Shown one piece after another: positions 1-12,315 of a stretch of DNA of 64,000 nt. The position numbers and the translations under genes are program-made. Origin of the DNA: Haliotis cracherodii (Eukaryota); assembly GCF_022045235.1 (NCBI RefSeq), contig NW_027266264.1, positions 77,500,001-77,564,000 on the forward strand, given 5' to 3'. The notes beneath the pieces are model-generated. The model saw only the letters and a program-made list of their open reading frames with translations, was not told where the DNA came from and searched no databases. The stretch's first letter is position 1. Every line of letters starts with the position of its first letter.

Positions 1-221
1 TAGGTGCTTCTCACGTATAAAGAATGCCGACATTTGCATTTTGGTAAATGTCATCGTGGACAGAGAGTGTTGGATACTACAGAAGACTAATGGTAAACAT
101 TGTTTGTGTGTTACCGAAGGCACACGATCAGGTGGCTATTATATATGAATATGTGACCTTTGTTATGGAACATTAATTGCCAACTTCTGTTGTTGTGTAT
201 TTCCAGACTACGTGCATGTCG

Positions 222-470
222 CTTTGTTTTCTTGTTTGTTTGTTTAACGCCGCACTCGACAATATTTCAGCTAAATTACGGCGGTCTGTAAATATTCCAG
301 TCTGGACCAGACAATCCAGTGATTGACACTATGAGCATCGATCTATGCAATCGGGATACAATAACATACATCACCAAGTCAGCAAGCCTGACCACCCGAT
401 CCCGTTAGTCACCTCTTAAAGCAAGCATGGGTTGCTGAAGACTTATATTCTAAACCGGATGGTCACGGAT
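222..470 (-). mobile_element. SINE-like interspersed repeat (one copy per array unit; same family at ~30310, ~44275, ~44975, ~61500)
   Basis: On the minus strand it reads ...gactaacgggatcgggtggtcagg...ctggtccagac...gagtgcggcgttaaacaaacaaac, with an (AAAC)n tail. Dispersed copies occur outside the array. Confidence 0.8.
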
Positions 471-1047
471 CCGGTCTGCAGGGACGAAAGTTCAACACTA
501 TAAGTTGATCAATGTCATTGAGGAATATACATATCTGAACCTCCATAATGCATTCAAACAACTTTCACGTGCGAATGAATGACACTTTTTCAGAATCCTA
601 CGAAATTTCTGTCAATAACAGGTACTCGGTGCCACATGCTTGTCGTAAGAGCTGACTTATGAAGGCGACCAGATGTTTATTGTGTGTGACCTGACTGATT
701 GTGCGTCACCCGTGCCGCATGGTTTTGTGCCTCTGCCATGGTGTAATTTGACAAAGGCTGACTGTAGCGTTAAACAACACTCTCTCATTCACCCACTCAT
801 TCGCTCATGCCAGTAAACTAGTATACGCGTTTCTCTTTCATTTTGATGATTTATAACTCACTGTTCCGATACAAACTCTCTTAATAACATTTGTTTCCTT
901 TTGTAACATAGCCCCAACACTACTATGAATCAAAAACGTAAGACATTGTTTCAATGATTGTGTTTAATGTGACATATTTCAAACCGGATACAATAAATAA
1001 TGTACATATTGATGATGCAGATGAATTGTGACACTGGAGCGACAACC

Positions 1048-1586
1048 TTAGTAGTAGCCATATCCAATACCTGCAACAAAAAGAAGAGGATTTTGTTTAA
1101 GAATATTTTCCGTACAAAGTCATTTCTACGTCTAGTAATAATTTCTATATCCAATATATCGATAGGTTAGTTATGCTGCATGTGTCCAATTAAGGTGGAA
1201 AATAAGTTTGGTGTAATTAACTTATTTATAATCTGTCAAAGTATTAGGTATATGTGAGGGTCAATAATATTCTCGGCATGATTGTATTTGCATTTACCTT
1301 TTCCGAAACCTCCGATTCCTCCGTAAAGTCCTCCTAATCCGTAGCCTCCGTATAGACCACCCATTCCATAGCCTCCGTATAGACCACCCATTCCGTAGCC
1401 TCCGTACAGTCCTCCCAATCCGTACCCTCCGTACAGACCTCCCATTCCGTAGCCTCCGTACAGACCACCCATTCCGTAGCCTCCGTAAACACCACCCGTT
1501 CCGAAGCCTCCGTGCAGACCATAGCTCACAGGCTCAGCAAAGGCAGCGACAGCCAGACAGGCAACAAGGGCGATAACTTTCATCAT
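1048..1586 (-). CDS. Secreted Gly/Tyr-rich repeat protein, copy 1 (103 aa; coding exons 1586-1298 and 1070-1048)
   Basis: Signal peptide MMKVIALVACLAVAAFA, then six 9-aa GG[L/V]YGGYG[M/L] repeats. Donor AAG|GTAAAT at 1297 and acceptor TTTTGTTGCAG| at 1071 join in frame to give ...GGFGKGIGYGYY*. ATTAAA at 963-968. This copy has GTGGVY where the others have GKGGLY. Confidence 0.9.
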
Positions 1587-1925
1587 TTTGGAAGGCTGAA
1601 AAGGAGTTTTTCATTCATTATTCAAGTCTGTAAGAAATTCCGTTTCTGTACCAACTTGTGGTCGCTATTCTACACTTTTTTTATTTGGTTGGTTTAAGTA
1701 GAACTTTATCTGAGAAACATGTGTTGTCAGATTTGAACTAGAGTTGGTTGATTTGAAAACTACAAACACATTTGGAGGATTCAATCAATGTTACAAATAG
1801 TAATCAGTAAAAGTTTGAAATAGCATCACAGCAATAACTACTGACTAACACTCATAAAACAGCAACGTAAAATACAGCGTTCACAGGGACAGGCTGAATA
1901 CCCCGTAAAACACAAACCAACTGAT

Positions 1926-2015
1926 ACTCACAGAGTGTGTTGATTAGACTGGATCTAAACGTGAAGAGAGGCGACAGCAGTGATAGCTAGTGCTTGAAAA
2001 CAAGACGCTTATATA
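1926..2015 (-). promoter_or_regulatory. Core promoter and non-coding exon 1 of the Gly/Tyr-rich gene (repeated in every unit)
   Basis: TATATAAG at 2015-2008 and Inr-like TCACT about 32 nt downstream (A at 1981). GTGAGT donor at 1931-1926. Matching acceptor CTTTTCAG| at 1596, 9 nt before the ATG. Confidence 0.7.
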
Positions 2016-3377
2016 CACCTGTATTTGGTCCACACCCGGAGCTGACTAATTACAAGTACATTATCTAATGCAGCACCAATTTGCAACACCTTTTAAGAAT
2101 CATTGCTGATATGAATTTCGTTTCCCTATGCCCCCCAGGGACTATGTCCAATGCAATGTATGTGTGTAGGTGCGGGCGAATGATTAGGGAAGTAATTACA
2201 TCACTGACAAATGACCCGTGATGAAATTGCGTCGATATGCGTAGATTCGTGTATAAATACCGTTACAGATGAGCATAGCCAGTGTTTTCCTATGTGGTCT
2301 GTGAAAAAACAATTCTGTCACAATGACCAAGTAACGGGTATTGTTATAATTGTAATGATAAAAGACAGTGTGTAATTCATTTCCCCTCCTAGATGGTTAC
2401 TCTATAAAGTAATATCTCTTAAAGGAAAGTGTTCCAAAACATACATGGAGAGCAGGTTATCTTCCGAACATTGTGTTTCGATCCATTTTACCACCATTCT
2501 TTTCCGACATGTGTATGTATGATATATATACATGGCTTTCCTAAAAGCTTATAACTTTCCCCATTTCTAGGCATCGGTTTGGGATGGGTCGTTCTTGCTG
2601 CGCTGTGGATCCTTATTTTTGATATTCATCTCACCTCTGAAATTTAAATAATGATTCGCTGACTTACATCGTATCTGCTCCTAATCATAAATTTCTTAAT
2701 TTAAAACNNNNNNNNNNNNNNNNNNNNNNNNNNNNNNNNNNNNNNNNNNNNNNNNNNNNNNNNNNNNNNNNNNNNNNNNNNNNNNNNNNNNNNNNNNNNN
2801 NNNNNNNNNNNNNNNNNNNNNNNNNNNNNNNNNNNNNNNNNNNNNNNNNNNNNNNNNNNNNNNNNNNNNACAAAGAGTCACAATATACTTTTGCATAGCC
2901 CATGGTATACTTTTATTAAGAACAACCTTGACAAACGAACATTCTACTCATCATTTCATTAAGGCATCCAAGCCCTATATATTTCCTATCAATTCATTTA
3001 TTTATACTTCACTATCTGGATGATAACTGCAAATGATAATTTTATTTAAAGAAATGATGCTCCATGTTACGGTCATGAAGAAAAGTCAGTGCAGATTTAA
3101 TGTTCACATTTCAGCTGTGACTTTTCACGCACGCCTCTGGTAACACGGTTAAAAAAACCTGTTGAAACAGTTCCTGTTAAAGAACAGATCTCAATGTATT
3201 TCATATGTAGTGTGATCTACAAATGGAACCTGCATTTCATAGAAAGAAATATATCATTGATTACAATGAAACAACATCGGAGCTCTAAAAGGGTCTTCCT
3301 GTATTATTAATACTGAAAAAGAGGAATGTGCAGTAGGGAGTATGGCTAATCAAGGAGTTGTATGTAAAAAGGATACA

Positions 3378-3460
3378 GGAAAAGGATAAATGTAGGATGA
3401 TAACTAAAGCTACGGAATGGGTTGACTATGCAGCTACAGAATGGTACGACTGTAGGGGGG
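3378..3460 (+). pseudogene. Decayed plus-strand relic of the GGLYGGYGM coding repeat (present in each unit)
   Basis: agc tac gga atg ggt tga cta tgc agc tac aga atg gta cga ctg tag ggg ggc aligns codon by codon with ggc tac gga atg ggt ggt cta tac (gga) ggc tac gga atg gga ggt ctg tac gga ggt. An in-frame gga aaa gga (GKG) lies upstream. Several stops are present. Confidence 0.55.
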
Positions 3461-4620
3461 CACATTTCAAACTTTGTAACTGTCAATTCTTGCCATTACC
3501 AAAAACCTGTCGAGTCGTTTACTACTTTACCAAGAAAGCTTAATAATAATCCTTACTTTTACAGATGGCATAAAGGTTTAGGTGCTTCTCACGTATAAAG
3601 AATGCCGACATTTGCATTTTTGTAAATGTCATCGTGGACAGAGAGTGTTGGATACTACAGAAGACTAATGGTAAACATTTGTTTGTGTGTTACCGAAGGC
3701 ACACGATCAGGTGGCTATTATATATGAGTATGAGACCTTGTTATGGAACATTAATTGCCAACTTCTGTTGCTGTGTATTTCCAGACTACGTGCATGTCGC
3801 TTTGTTTGCTTGTTTGTTTAACGCCGCACTCGACAATATTTCAGCTAAATTACGGCGGTCTGTAAATATTCCAGTCTGGACCAGACAATCCAGTGATTGA
3901 CACTATGAGCATCGATCTATGCAATCGGGATACAATAACATACATCAACCAAGTCAGCAAGCCTGACCACCCGATCCCGTTAGTCACCTCTTAAAGCAAG
4001 CATGGGTTGCTGAAGACTTATATTCTAAACCGGATGGTCACGGATCCGGTCTGCAGGGACGAAAGTCAACACTATAAAGTTGATCAATGTCATTGAGGAA
4101 TATACATATCTGAACCTCCATAATGCATTCAAACAACTTTCACGTGCGAATGAATGACACTTTTCAGAATCCTACGAAATTTCTGTCAATAACAGGTACT
4201 CGGTGCCACATGCTTGTCGTAAGAGCTGACTTATGAAGGCGACCAGATGTTTATTGTGTGTGACCTGACTGATTGTGCGTCACCGTGCCGCATGGTTTTG
4301 TGCCTCTGCCATGGTGTAATTTGACAAAGGCTGACTGTAGCGTTAAACAACACTCTCTCATTCACCCACTCATTCGCTCATGCCAGTAAACTAGTATACG
4401 CGTTTCTCTTTCATTTTGATGATTTATATCTCACTGTTCCGATACAACTCTCTTAATAACATTTGTTTTCCTTTTGTAACATAGCCCCAACACTACTATG
4501 AATCAAAAACGTAAGACATTGTTTCAATGATTGTGTTTAATGTGACATATTTCAAACCGGATGCAATAAATAATGTACATATTGATGATGCAGATGAATT
4601 GTGACACTGGAGCGACAACC

Positions 4621-5156
4621 TTAGTAGTAGCCATATCCAATACCTGCAACAAAAAGAAGAGGATTTTGTTTAAGAATATTTTCCGTACAAAGTCATTTCT
4701 ACGTCTAGTAATAATTTCTATATCCAATATATCGATAGGTTAGTTATGCTGCATGTGTCCAATTAAGGTGGAAAATAAGTTTGGTGTAATTAACTTATTT
4801 ATAATCTGTCAAAGTATTAGGTATATGTGAGGGTCAATAATATTCTCGGCATGATTGTATTTGCATTTACCTTTTCCGAAACCTCCGATTCCTCCGTAAA
4901 GTCCTCCTAATCCGTAGCCTCCGTATAGACCACCCATTCCATAGCCTCCGTATAGACCACCCATTCCGTAGCCTCCGTACAGTCCTCCCAATCCGTAACC
5001 TCCGTACAGACCTCCCATTCCGTAGCCTCCGTACAAACCACCCATTCCGTAGCCTCCGTACAGACCACCCTTTCCGAAGCCTCCGTGCAGACCATAGCTC
5101 ACAGGCTCAGCAAAGGCAGCGACAGCCAGACAGGCAACAAGGGCGATAACTTTCAT
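4621..5156 (-). CDS. Secreted Gly/Tyr-rich repeat protein, copy 2 (102 aa; exons 5156-4871, 4643-4621)
   Basis: Same structure as copy 1. The first ATG is ATA here, so the protein starts MKVIAL. Confidence 0.9.
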
Positions 5157-8100
5157 TATTTTGGAAGGCTGAAAAGGAGTTTTCATTCATTATTCAAGTC
5201 TGTAAGAAAATCCGTTTCTGTACCAACTTGTGGTCGCAATTCTACACTTTTTTTATTTGGTTGGTTTAAGTAGAACTTTATCTGAGAAACATGTGTTGTC
5301 AGATTTGAACTAGAGTTGGTTGATTTGAAAACTACAAACACATTTGGAGGATTCAATCAATGTTACAAATAGTAATCAGTAAAAGTTTGAAATAGCATCA
5401 CAGCAATAACTACTGACTAACACTCATAAAACAGCAAGGTAAAATACAGCGTTCACAGGGACAGGCTGAATACCCCGTAAAACACAAACCAACTGATACT
5501 CACAGAGTGTGTTGATTAGACTGGATCTAAACGCGAAGAGAGGCGACAGCAGTGATAGCTAGTGCTTGAAAACAAGACGCTTATATACACCTGTATTTGG
5601 TCCACACCCGGAACTGACTAATTACAAGTATATTATCTAATGCAGCACCAATTTGCAACACCTTTTAAGAATCATTGCTGATATGAATTTCGTTTCCCTA
5701 TGCCCCCCAGGGACTATGTCCAATGCAATGTATGTGTGTAGGTGCGGGCGAATGATTAGGGAAGTAATTACATCACTGACAAATGACCCGTGATGAAATT
5801 GCGTCGATATGCGTAGATTCGTGTATAAATACCGTTACAGATGAGCATAGCCAGTGTTTTCCTATGTGGTCTGTGAAAAAACAATTCTATCACAATGACC
5901 AAGTAACGGGTATTGTTATAATTGTAATGATAAAAGACAGTGTGTAATTCATTTCCCCTCCTAGATGGTTGCTCTATAAAGTAATATCTCTTAAAGGAAA
6001 GTGTTCCAAAACATACATGGAGAGCAGGTTATCTTCCAAACATGGTGTTTCGATCCATTTTACCACCATTCTTTTCCGACATGTGTATGTATGATATATA
6101 TCCATGGCTTTCCTAAAAGCTTATAACTTTCCCCATTTCTAGGCATCGGTTTGGGATGGGTCGTTCTTGCTGCGCTGTGGATCCTTATTTTTGATATTCA
6201 TCTCACCTCTAAAATTTAAATAATGATTCGCTGACTTACATCGTATCTGCTCCTAATCATAAATTTCTTAATTTAAAACCAACCNNNNNNNNNNNNNNNN
6301 NNNNNNNNNNNNNNNNNNNNNNNNNNNNNNNNNNNNNNNNNNNNNNNNNNNNNNNNNNNNNNNNNNNNNNNNNNNNNNNNNNNNNNNNNNNNNNNNNNNN
6401 NNNNNNNNNNNNNNNNNNNNNNNNNNNNNNNNNNNNNACATTGTTGAAACTATGGAACGACAAAGAGTCACCATATACTTTTGCATAGCCCATGGTATAC
6501 TTTTATTAAGAACAACCTTGACAAACGAACATTCTACTCATCATTTCATTAAGGCATCCAAGCCCTATATATTTCCTATCAATTCATTTATTTATACTTC
6601 ACTATCTGGATGATAACTGCAAATGATAATTTTATTTAATGTAATGATGCTCCATGTTACGGTCATGAAGAAAAGTCAGTGCAGATTTAATGTTCACATT
6701 TCAGCTGTGACTTTTCACGGACGCCTCTGGTAACACGGTTAAAAAAACCTGTTGAAACAGTTCCTGTTAAAGAACAGATCTCAATGTATTTCATATGTAG
6801 TGTGATCTACAAATGGAACCTGCATTTCATAGAAAGAAATATATCATTGATTACAATGAAACAACATCGGAGCTCTAAAAGGGTCTTCCTGTATTATTAA
6901 TACTGAAAAAGAGGAATGTGCAGTAGGGAGTATGGCTAATCAAGGAGTTGTATGTAAAAAGGATACAGGAAAAGGATAAATGTAGGATGATAACTAAAGC
7001 TACGGAATGGGTTGACTATGCAGCTACAGAATGGTACGACTGTAGGGGGGCACATTTCAAACTTTGTAACTGTCAAGTCTTGCCATTACCAAAAACCTGT
7101 CGAGTCGTTTACTACTTTACCAAGAAAGCTTAATAATAATCCTTACTTTTACAGATGGCATAAAGGTTTAGGTGCTTCTCACGTATAAAGAATGCCGACA
7201 TTTGCATTTTTGTAAATGTCATCGTGGACAGAGAGTGTTGGATACTACAGAAGACTAATGGTAAACATTTGTTTGTGTGTTACCGAAGGCACACGATCAG
7301 GTGGCTATTATATATGAGTATGTGACCTTGTTATGGAACATTAATTGCCAACTTCTGTTGCTGTGTATTTCCAGACTACGTGCATGTCGCTTTGTTTGCT
7401 TGTTTGTTTAACGCCGCACTCGACAATATTTCAGCTAAATTACGGCGGTCTGTAAATATTCCAGTCTGGACCAGACAATCCAGTGATTGACACTATGAGC
7501 ATCGATCTATGCAATCGGGATACAATAACATACATCAACCAAGTCAGCAAGCCTGACCACCCGATCCCGTTAGTCACCTCTTAAAGCAAGCATGGGTTGC
7601 TGAAGACTTATATTCTAAACCGGATGGTCACGGATCCGGTCTGCAGGGACGAAAGTCAACACTATAAAGTTGAACAATGTCATTGAGGAATATACATATC
7701 TGAACCTCCATAATGCATTCAAACAACTTTCACGTGCGAATGAATGACACTTTTCAGAATCCTACGAAATTTCTGTCAATAACAGGTACTCGGTGCCACA
7801 TGCTTGTCGTAAGAGCTGACTTATGAAGGCGACCAGATGTTTATTGTGTGTGACCTGACTGATTGTGCGTCACCGTGCCGCATGGTTTTGTGCCTCTGCC
7901 ATGGTGTAATTTGACAAAGGCTGACTGTAGCGTTAAACAACACTCTCTCATTCACCCACTCATTCGCTCATGCCAGTAAACTAGTATACGCGTTTCTCTT
8001 TCATTTTGATGATTTATATCTCACTGTTCCGATACAACTCTCTTAATAACATTTGTTTTCCTTTTGTAACATAGCCCCAACACTACTATGAATCAAAAAA

Positions 8101-8211
8101 CGTAAGACATTGTTTCAATGATTGTGTTTAATGTGACATATTTCAAACCGGATGCAATAAATAATGTACATATTGATGATGCAGATGAATTGTGACACTG
8201 GAGCGACAACC

Positions 8212-8747
8212 TTAGTAGTAGCCATATCCAATACCTGCAACAAAAAGAAGAGGATTTTGTTTAAGAATATTTTCCGTACAAAGTCATTTCTACGTCTAGT
8301 AATAATTTCTATATCCAATATATCGATAGGTTAGTTATGCTGCATGTGTCCAATTAAGGTGGAAAATAAGTTTGGTGTAATTAACTTATTTATAATCTGT
8401 CAAAGTATTAGGTATATGTGAGGGTCAATAATATTCTCGGCATGATTGTATTTGCATTTACCTTTTCCGAAACCTCCGATTCCTCCGTAAAGTCCTCCTA
8501 ATCCGTAGCCTCCGTATAGACCACCCATTCCATAGCCTCCGTATAGACCACCCATTCCGTAGCCTCCGTACAGTCCTCCCAATCCGTAACCTCCGTACAG
8601 ACCTCCCATTCCGTAGCCTCCGTACAAACCACCCATTCCGTAGCCTCCGTACAGACCACCCTTTCCGAAGCCTCCGTGCAGACCATAGCTCACAGGCTCA
8701 GCAAAGGCAGCGACAGCCAGACAGGCAACAAGGGCGATAACTTTCAT
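8212..8747 (-). CDS. Secreted Gly/Tyr-rich repeat protein, copy 3 (102 aa; exons 8747-8462, 8234-8212)
   Basis: Intact frame and splice sites; single-ATG variant. Confidence 0.9.
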
Positions 8748-9889
8748 TATTTTGGAAGGCTGAAAAGGAGTTTTCATTCATTATTCAAGTCTGTAAGAAA
8801 ATCCGTTTCTGTACCAACTTGTGGTCGCAATTCTACACTTTTTTTATTTGGTTGGTTTAAGTAGAACTTTATCTGAGAAACATGTGTTGTCAGATTTGAA
8901 CTAGAGTTGGTTGATTTGAAAACTACAAACACATTTGGAGGATTCAATCAATGTTACAAATAGTAATCAGTAAAAGTTTGAAATAGCATCACAGCAATAA
9001 CTACTGACTAACACTCATAAAACAGCAACGTAAAATACAGCGTTCACAGGGACAGGCTGAATACCCCGTAAAACACAAACCAACTGATACTCACAGAGTG
9101 TGTTGATTAGACTGGATCTAAACGCGAAGAGAGGCGACAGCAGTGATAGCTAGTGCTTGAAAACAAGACGCTTATATACACCTGTATTTGGTCCACACCC
9201 GGAACTGACTAATTACAAGTATATTATCTAATGCAGCACCAATTTGCAACACCTTTTAAGAATCATTGCTGATATGAATTTCGTTTCCCTATGCCCCCCA
9301 GGGACTATGTCCAATGCAATGTATGTGTGTAGGTGCGGGCGAATGATTAGGGAAGTAATTACATCACTGACAAATGACCCGTGATGAAATTGCGTCGATA
9401 TGCGTAGATTCGTGTATAAATACCGTTACAGATGAGCATAGCCAGTGTTTTCCTATGTGGTCTGTGAAAAAACAATTCTATCACAATGACCAAGTAACGG
9501 GTATTGTTATAATTGTAATGATAAAAGACAGTGTGTAATTCATTTCCCCTCCTAGATGGTTGCTCTATAAAGTAATATCTCTTAAAGGAAAGTGTTCCAA
9601 AACATACATGGAGAGCAGGTTATCTTCCAAACATGGTGTTTCGATCCATTTTACCACCATTCTTTTCCGACATGTGTATGTATGATATATATCCATGGCT
9701 TTCCTAAAAGCTTATAACTTTCCCCATTTCTAGGCATCGGTTTGGGATGGGTCGTTCTTGCTGCGCTGTGGATCCTTATTTTTGATATTCATCTCACCTC
9801 TAAAATTTAAATAATGATTCGCTGACTTACATCGTATCTGCTCCTAATCATAAATTTCTTAATTTAAAACCAACCACAGACTTATTTTT

Positions 9890-9943
<54 letters not shown>

Positions 9944-9978
9944 CTCTCTCTCGCTCTCTCGCTCTCTCTCTCTCTCTG
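9890..9978. repeat. (CT)n microsatellite; also resolved at ~24203-24281 and ~38149-38200, and replaced by N-runs in the other six units
   Basis: Read directly. N-runs at 2708-2869, 6285-6437, 13441-13589, 17026-17174, 20611-20765 and 34547-34701 sit at the homologous position. Confidence 0.95.
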
Positions 9979-11776
9979 TATATATGTACGCCCTCTGCTA
10001 AAACATTGTTGAAACTATGGAACGACAAAGAGTCACCATATACTTTTGCATAGCCCATGGTATACTTTTATTAAGAACAACCTTGACAAACGAACATTCT
10101 ACTCATCATTTCATTAAGGCATCCAAGCCCTATATATTTCCTATCAATTCATTTATTTATACTTCACTATCTGGATGATAACTGCAAATGATAATTTTAT
10201 TTAATGTAATGATGCTCCATGTTACGGTCATGAAGAAAAGTCAGTGCAGATTTAATGTTCACATTTCAGCTGTGACTTTTCACGGACGCCTCTGGTAACA
10301 CGGTTAAAAAAACCTGTTGAAACAGTTCCTGTTAAAGAACAGATCTCAATGTATTTCATATGTAGTGTGATCTACAAATGGAACCTGCATTTCATAGAAA
10401 GAAATATATCATTGATTACAATGAAACAACATCGGAGCTCTGAAAGGGTCTTCCTGTATTATTAATACTGAAAAAGAGGAATGTGCAGTGGGGAGTATGG
10501 CTAATCAAGGAGTTGTATGTAAAGAGGATACAGGAAAAGGATAAATGTAAGATGATAACTAAAGCTACGGAATGGGTTGACTATGCAGCTACAGAATGGT
10601 ACGACTGTTGGGGGGCACATTTCAAACTTTGTAACTGTCAATTCTTGCCATTACCAAAAACCTGTCGAGTCGTTTACTACTTTACCAAGAAAGCTTAATA
10701 ATAATCCTTACTTTTACAGATGGCATAAAGGTTTAGGTGCTTCTCACGTATAAAGAATGCCGACATTTGCATTTTTGTAAATGTCATCGTGGACAGAGAG
10801 TGTTGGATACTACAGAAGACTAATGGTAAACATTTGTTTGTGTGTTACCGAAGGCACACGATCAGGTGGCTCTTATATATGAGTATGTGACCTTGTTATG
10901 GAACATTAATTGCCAACTTCTGTTGCTGTGTATTTCCAGACTACGTGCATGTCGCTTTGTTTGCTTGTTTGTTTAACGCCGCACTCGACAATATTTCAGC
11001 TAAATTACGGCGGTCTGTAAATATTCCAGTCTGGACCAGACAATCCAGTGATTGACACTATGAGCATCGATCTATGCAATCGGGATACAATAACATACAT
11101 CAACCAAGTCAGCAAGCCTGACCACCCGATCCCGTTAGTCGCCTCTTACAGCAAGCATGGGTTGCTGAAGACTTATATTCTAAACCGGATGGTCACGGAT
11201 CCGGTCTGCAGGGACGAAAGTCAACACTATAAAGTTGATCAATGTCATTGAGGAATATACATATCTGAACCTCCATAATGCATTCAAACAACTTTCACGT
11301 GCGAAAGAATGACACTTTTACAGAATCCTACGAAATTTCTGTCAATAACAGGTACTCGGTGCCACATGCTTGTCGTAAGAGCTGACTTATGAAGGCGACC
11401 AGATGTTTATTGTGTGTGACCTGACTGATTGTGCGTCACCGTGCCGCATGGTTTTGTGCCTCTGCCATGGTGTAATTTGACAAAGGCTGACTGTAGCGTT
11501 AAACAACACTCTCTCATTCACCCACTCATTCGCTCATGCCAGTAAACTAGTATACGCGTTTCTCTTTCATTTTGATGATTTATATCTCACTGTTCCGATA
11601 CAACTCTCTTAATAACATTTGTTTTCCTTTTGTAACATAGCCCCAACACTACTATGAATCAAAAACGTAAGACATTGTTTCAATGATTGTGTTTAATGTG
11701 ACATATTTCAAACCGGATACAATAAATAATGTACATATTGATGATGCAGATGAATTGTGACACTGGAGCGACAACC

Positions 11777-12315
11777 TTAGTAGTAGCCATATCCAATACC
11801 TGCAACAAAAAGAAGAGGATTTTGTTTAAGAATATTTTCCGTACAAAGTCATTTCTACGTCTAGTAATAATTTCTATATCCAATATATCGATAGGTTAGT
11901 TATGCTGCATGTGTCCAATTAAGGTGGAAAATAAGTTTGGTGTAATTAACTTATTTATAATCTGTCAAAGTATTAGGTATATGTGAGGGTCAATAATATT
12001 CTCGGCATGATTGTATTTGCATTTACCTTTTCCGAAACCTCCGATTCCTCCGTAAAGTCCTCCTAATCCGTAGCCTCCGTATAGACCACCCATTCCATAG
12101 CCTCCGTATAGACCACCCATTCCGTAGCCTCCGTACAGTCCTCCCAATCCGTAACCTCCGTACAGACCTCCCATTCCGTAGCCTCCGTACAGACCACCCA
12201 TTCCGTAGCCTCCGTACAGACCACCCTTTCCGAAGCCTCCGTGCAGACCATAGCTCACAGGCTCAGCAAAGGCAGCGACAGCCAGACAGGCAACAAGGGC
12301 GATAACTTTCATCAT
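11777..12315 (-). CDS. Secreted Gly/Tyr-rich repeat protein, copy 4 (103 aa; exons 12315-12027, 11799-11777)
   Basis: Intact frame and splice sites. Confidence 0.9.

Noticed and set aside
1236-1297. C-terminal tail GKCKYNHAENIIDPHIYLIL of the ORF-track protein, and the N-terminal extension MKTPFQPSKI in copies 2, 3 and 5
   Set aside because: Both are intronic read-through beyond canonical splice sites.
1334-1522. MVCTEA..TEATEW repeat ORFs, and the recurring 61-71 aa ORFs in each unit
   Set aside because: Alternative frames of the Gly-rich repeat or chance ORFs; they recur only because the unit is duplicated.
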